A stretch of 32,000 bases of DNA. It comes from Pasteurella multocida. GTDB lineage: Bacteria > Pseudomonadota > Gammaproteobacteria > Enterobacterales > Pasteurellaceae. Of the stretch, positions 28,252 to 32,000 are shown piece after piece. Both the position numbers and the translations under genes were made by a program. The stretch lies in contig NZ_LT906458.1 of NCBI RefSeq assembly GCF_900187275.1, positions 1,980,001-2,012,000 on the forward strand, written 5' to 3'. The notes under the pieces are model-generated. The model was given only the letters and a program-made list of their open reading frames with translations, was not told where the DNA came from and searched no databases. Every line of letters starts with the position of its first letter. The first letter of the stretch is position 1.

Positions 28252-28298
28252 TTTCCGCTAATTTTATTAGCAGTAGTAAAACGAGATAGGTGGTAAAT

Positions 28299-28826
28299 AT
28301 GGAACAGCAAAGAATTGAAGTAGTTGGCAAATTAGGCTCAACTTATGGCATTCGCGGTTGGTTACGTATTTATTCATCGACAGAATATGCTGAAAGCATT
28401 TTTGATTACCAACCTTGGTTTTTAAAAATTAAAGGGCAATGGCAGCCTACAGAGTTAGAGAGTTGGCGTTACCACAATAACGATTTAATCGTTAAATTGA
28501 AACATGTGGACGACCGAGAAGCCGCACAAACCTTAGCGAATATTGAAATTGGCGTTGATTTGGCGGTTTTCCCTGAGCTAGAAGAAGGGGATTATTACTG
28601 GCATGATTTAATCGGCTGTAATGTGGTTAACCTTGAAAACTATGCGATGGGCACAGTGACCGAAATGATGGAAACAGGATCTAACGATGTATTGGTTGTG
28701 CGTGCAAAAAGCAAAGATGCTTTTGGAAAACAAGAGCGGTTAATTCCGTTTTTGTATGAACAAGTAGTTAAAAGAGTAGATCTCAACACGAAGACAATTG
28801 TCGTGGATTGGGACGCTGGTTTCTAA
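28299..28826 (+). CDS. rimM: Ribosome maturation factor RimM
   Basis: ATG at 28299 after AGGTGG gives 175 aa ([26 protein letters not shown]...). GTG 28290 in the track is less likely. Confidence 0.93.
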   Translation: MEQQRIEVVGKLGSTYGIRGWLRIYSSTEYAESIFDYQPWFLKIKGQWQPTELESWRYHNNDLIVKLKHVDDREAAQTLANIEIGVDLAVFPELEEGDYYWHDLIGCNVVNLENYAMGTVTEMMETGSNDVLVVRAKSKDAFGKQERLIPFLYEQVVKRVDLNTKTIVVDWDAGF

Positions 28827-28879
28827 CCTCAGGTATGCCGTTTAGCTTTGGCAGTAGCATTTTGATATAAGGGTCACTT

Positions 28880-29617
28880 ATGTTAGTTGGGATTATTAGT
28901 TTGTTCCCCGAAATGTTCAAAGCCATTACGGAATTTGGGGTCACAGGTAGAGCTGTCAAACAGAATCTCTTACAGGTGCGTTGTTGGAATCCCCGTGATT
29001 TTACGCACGATAAGCATAAAACAGTGGATGATCGCCCTTATGGCGGTGGTCCAGGTATGCTGATGATGGTGCAGCCTTTACGGGATGCGATTCAAGCAGC
29101 AAAAGCTGAAGTAGGAGAGGGGGCGAAAGTGATTTACCTTTCGCCACAAGGACGAAAACTCGATCAAGCAGGCGTAAAAGAACTCGCACAGCATCAGAAA
29201 TTGATTTTACTGTGTGGACGTTACGAAGGCATTGACGAGCGATTGATCGAAACAGAAGTGGATGAAGAATGGTCAGTCGGTGATTATGTACTGACTGGCG
29301 GTGAATTGCCGGCTATGACATTAATTGATGCAGTAGCACGATTTATCCCAGGTGTGCTTGGTAAACAAGCCTCAGCCGATGAAGATTCGTTTGCTGAAGG
29401 CTTGCTTGATTGTCCACATTATACGCGTCCTGAAGTGTTAGATGGTTTAGCTGTACCACCTGTGCTGATGTCTGGTAATCATGAAGAAATTCGTAAATGG
29501 CGATTGAGACAATCGCTTGAGCGTACATGGTTAAGACGCCCTGAGCTATTAGAAAGCCTAGCTCTGACTGACGAACAACGTAAACTGTTGAAGCAAATTA
29601 AAGCAGAACACAGTTAA
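28880..29617 (+). CDS. trmD: tRNA (guanine37-N1)-methyltransferase TrmD
   Basis: 245 aa, nearly colinear with E. coli TrmD ([37 protein letters not shown]). Confidence 0.97.
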   Translation: MLVGIISLFPEMFKAITEFGVTGRAVKQNLLQVRCWNPRDFTHDKHKTVDDRPYGGGPGMLMMVQPLRDAIQAAKAEVGEGAKVIYLSPQGRKLDQAGVKELAQHQKLILLCGRYEGIDERLIETEVDEEWSVGDYVLTGGELPAMTLIDAVARFIPGVLGKQASADEDSFAEGLLDCPHYTRPEVLDGLAVPPVLMSGNHEEIRKWRLRQSLERTWLRRPELLESLALTDEQRKLLKQIKAEHS

Positions 29618-29653
29618 TATCAGTTCAATCTAGGATTAGAAAGGTTAATTATT

Positions 29654-30004
29654 ATGAGTAACATCATTAAACAACTTGAACAAGAACAGTTAAAACAAAA
29701 CTTACCGAGCTTCCGCCCTGGTGACACGTTAGAAGTGAAAGTATGGGTAGTAGAAGGGAGCAAACGTCGTCTGCAAGCATTCGAAGGCGTGGTTATTGCA
29801 ATTCGTAACCGTGGCTTGCACTCTGCCTTTACATTACGTAAAGTGTCTAACGGTGTCGGTGTTGAGCGTGTTTTCCAAACACATTCACCAATCGTTGATA
29901 GCATCACAGTGAAACGTAAAGGTGCGGTACGTCAAGCGAAACTTTACTACTTACGTGAGCGTTCAGGTAAATCTGCTCGTATCAAAGAGCGTTTGGGCGA
30001 TTAA
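29654..30004 (+). CDS. rplS: 50S ribosomal protein L19
   Basis: 116 aa, [49 protein letters not shown]. Confidence 0.97.
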   Translation: MSNIIKQLEQEQLKQNLPSFRPGDTLEVKVWVVEGSKRRLQAFEGVVIAIRNRGLHSAFTLRKVSNGVGVERVFQTHSPIVDSITVKRKGAVRQAKLYYLRERSGKSARIKERLGD

Positions 30005-30014
30005 TTCCCAAAAG

Positions 30015-30041
30015 AAAGGCTTGGTTATCCAAGCCTTTTTT
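30015..30041 (+). terminator. rplS operon rho-independent terminator
   Basis: AAAGGCTTGG-ttat-CCAAGCCTTT with the T run extending to 30041. Confidence 0.85.
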
Positions 30042-30056
30042 CTTACTTACACATAA

Positions 30057-30065
30057 AAGTGCGGT
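30057..30065 (+). repeat. USS core AAGTGCGGT
   Basis: Exact 9-mer, 16 nt after the rplS terminator, with an AT-rich 3' flank. Confidence 0.9.
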
Positions 30066-30215
30066 TTATTTTTATAAAATTTTATTATCCAGCGGTATCG
30101 CCTTAATGTTTTGTTATGGGCTGTTGTGATCAGTACTAAACCTTGCTTAGCTCCCTCATTCTACGCTCTTTGCGTTCACTTTCCTTTGCTTAAGATTCTT
30201 TTCTCATTTTATTTC

Positions 30216-30229
30216 GTGATCCCTATCAA
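30216..30229. promoter_or_regulatory. FNR/CRP-family site upstream of the DcuC-family transporter gene
   Basis: GTGAT-ccct-ATCAA versus FNR consensus TTGAT-N4-ATCAA (9/10). The centre (30222.5) is 32 bp from the centre of a -10-like TAAATT (30252-30257), which is class II (-41.5) geometry. Confidence 0.4.
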
Positions 30230-30371
30230 TAAAATATGATTTTTAAATTCCTAAATTAAGCTGAACCACGCATACTGAGTGCAAGATTTTTTTGATAGTA
30301 AAGTGTCAAGATTATTAAAAAATATCTTGTTTTGGTCAGTAGTTAACATTTAAGACATTGAGGAGCTGATT

Positions 30372-31670
30372 ATGGTGGCATTGAAAGCAATTATTGCGCT
30401 TACTGGCATTATTGTTGCTGTCTATTTATTAATAAAGAAATATGAAACACGCACAGTATTAATTGGTGTAGGGTTGTTCATGGCGATTGCAACACTTAAC
30501 CCAATGGGGGCACTCGATGCATTTGCGAAAAGCATGACATCGGCAGGGCTAATTATGGCAATTTGTTCGAGTATGGGCTTTGCTTATGTGATGAAATATA
30601 CGCAATGCGATACGCATTTAGTCCATTTATTAACAAAACCATTAAGTGGCTTGAAGTTTTTCTTAATTCCTATCGCCACAATCATTACCTTCTTTATTAA
30701 CATTGCGATTCCTTCTGCAGCAGGTTGTGCGGCAGCCGTGGGGGCGACGCTCATTCCAGTATTAAAAAGTTCCGGTGTTCGTCCAGCAACAGCTGGGGCA
30801 GCAATTCTTGCGGGAACGTTTGGATCGATGATGAGTCCGGGATCGTCGCATTCAGCCATGTTAAGTGAAATGTCAGGTTTAACGGTGACACAAGTTAACT
30901 TATCTCATGCGCCTTATACGATGATTGCAGGGGCGATCGGGGCCGTGATGTTAACGATTTTAGCGATTGTGTTTAAAGATTATGGGGAAGAACACCGTCA
31001 AGCGTATTTGCTTGAAAATAAAGAGAGTGAGCAAAATGCAGAAAATATGAAAGTGAATATTTTTTATGCATTAGCACCATTAGTACCTTTAGTGATTTTA
31101 GTTATTGGTGGAACATCTTTACAAAAAATGCCGGGTTTAGAATGGACGAAGATGGGTGTACCACAAGCGATGTTAATTGGTTCATTATATGCTGTTGTGA
31201 TGACACGCATTTCACCGGTCAAAATTACAAATGAGTTCTTTAATGGAATGGGTAATTCTTATGCGAATGTGTTAGGTATCATCATTGCGGCAAGCGTCTT
31301 TGTTGCGGGTTTAAAATCAACAGGAGCCATTGATAGCGCGATTGAATTCCTGAAACATTCAAATGAATTTGTGCGTTGGGGAGCAACCATAGGACCATTC
31401 TTAATGGGCATTGTGACCGGATCGGGAGATGCTGCCGCGATTGCGTTCAATACCGCGGTGACGCCTCATGCAGTCGAATTAGGTTATACCCATGTTAATT
31501 TAGGTATGGCTGCCGCGATTGCGGGGGCAATTGGACGTACAGCCTCTCCAATTGCTGGCGTGACAATTGTCTGTGCAGGTTTAGCGATGGTTAGTCCGGT
31601 TGAAATGGTCAAACGCACTGCACCAGGCATGATTCTCGCGATCTTATTTTTAGCATTGTTTATGTTGTAA
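30372..31670 (+). CDS. DcuC-family (anaerobic C4-dicarboxylate carrier-like) membrane transporter
   Basis: 432 aa polytopic protein. Blocks TGSGDAAAIAFNTAV and GRTASPIAGVTIVCAGLAMVSPVEMVKRTAPG parallel remembered E. coli DcuC (TGSGNAPFYAF, GRTLSPVSGVVVAVAGMAKISPFEVVKRTSVP). RBS GAGGAG upstream. Confidence 0.75.
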   Translation: MVALKAIIALTGIIVAVYLLIKKYETRTVLIGVGLFMAIATLNPMGALDAFAKSMTSAGLIMAICSSMGFAYVMKYTQCDTHLVHLLTKPLSGLKFFLIPIATIITFFINIAIPSAAGCAAAVGATLIPVLKSSGVRPATAGAAILAGTFGSMMSPGSSHSAMLSEMSGLTVTQVNLSHAPYTMIAGAIGAVMLTILAIVFKDYGEEHRQAYLLENKESEQNAENMKVNIFYALAPLVPLVILVIGGTSLQKMPGLEWTKMGVPQAMLIGSLYAVVMTRISPVKITNEFFNGMGNSYANVLGIIIAASVFVAGLKSTGAIDSAIEFLKHSNEFVRWGATIGPFLMGIVTGSGDAAAIAFNTAVTPHAVELGYTHVNLGMAAAIAGAIGRTASPIAGVTIVCAGLAMVSPVEMVKRTAPGMILAILFLALFML

Positions 31671-31690
31671 TCATAAAGAGGAGCGATTCA

Positions 31691-32000
31691 ATGAGTATAA
31701 CACTTGAACAACTCATCCAATGGCGTCGTGAATTTCACCGTTTTCCAGAGATTGGTTGGTCTGAGTTTTGGACGACGAGTCGTATTGCAGATTATCTTGA
31801 GGAAATGGGATTTGACATTTTATTGGGTGATAAAATTATCAATCCTGAATTTGTACGTGGTCGCCAGCAAGCGGTTGTCGAAGCAGGGTTAGCCAAAGCA
31901 ATAGCGTATGGCGCAAAAGCAAAATGGCTTGACCAAATGAAGGGTTATACGGGGTGTGTAGCAGTATTAGATACAGGCAAACCGGGTAAAACAGTCGCAT
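31691..32000 (+). CDS. M20-family amidohydrolase, AbgA-like (3' end beyond window)
   Basis: My own translation of frame 2 from ATG 31691 (RBS AAGAGGAG) is open to the window end: MSITLEQLIQWRREFHRFPEIGWSEFWTTSRIADYLEEMGFD...GCVAVLDTGKPGKTVA. It parallels the remembered E. coli AbgA N-terminus (WRRDFHHYAESGWVEFRT...GIVATLDTGRPGPVMA). It is missing from the ORF track because it is incomplete. Confidence 0.7.
   Translation, partial: MSITLEQLIQWRREFHRFPEIGWSEFWTTSRIADYLEEMGFDILLGDKIINPEFVRGRQQAVVEAGLAKAIAYGAKAKWLDQMKGYTGCVAVLDTGKPGKTVA

Noticed and set aside
30090-30215. Pyrimidine-rich tract read as a possible minus-strand CsrB-like or other sRNA ending at the rplS terminator
   Set aside because: It has only two GGA motifs on the minus strand and no convincing minus-strand promoter. 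The bidirectional use of the terminator is speculative.
31704-31892. 62-aa + strand ORF from the track
   Set aside because: It is out of frame within the abgA-like ORF, which starts at 31691 with a strong RBS and stays open to the window end.

Overview
This 32-kb segment looks like Pasteurellaceae chromosome (Haemophilus/Aggregatibacter/Pasteurella group). It carries 16 exact copies of the Hin-type uptake signal sequence (USS) core AAGTGCGGT, several of them as inverted pairs that form terminators. Hand-sampled GC is roughly 40-45%, and the proteins are colinear with familiar gammaproteobacterial housekeeping genes. Gene order: yrdD (5' partial)-tsaC-aroE | lsrK-lsrR divergent from lsrA-C-D-B-F-G-E (a complete AI-2 import/processing locus, Salmonella-type with lsrE) | rarD | orphan TonB-dependent receptor | ilvY divergent from ilvC | mazG | uspA | alaS-csrA | galU | metJ | deoD and a CNT-family nucleoside permease | yczE-like membrane protein | GT9 glycosyltransferase | rpsP-rimM-trmD-rplS | DcuC-family carrier plus abgA-like M20 amidohydrolase (3' partial). 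I saw no rRNA, tRNA, CRISPR array, IS/transposase, integrase or phage gene. I do not see a convincing, wholly new multi-gene system; most of the window is core genome. Four items are most worth follow-up. (1) An AT-richer, AGA/AGG-codon-rich, USS-free orphan TonB-dependent receptor lies between rarD and ilvY, bracketed by an 11/12-nt direct repeat. (2) The lsr locus has a terminator-like hairpin between lsrF and lsrG, an lsrE gene overlapping lsrG, and a symmetric operator-like repeat at the lsrA promoter. (3) A near-consensus PUR-box lies upstream of deoD. (4) A DcuC-family transporter is apparently co-transcribed with an AbgA-like hydrolase behind an FNR/CRP-type site. All regulatory-site calls are by-eye pattern matches, and all family assignments rest on remembered motifs and synteny. 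None has been checked by database search.
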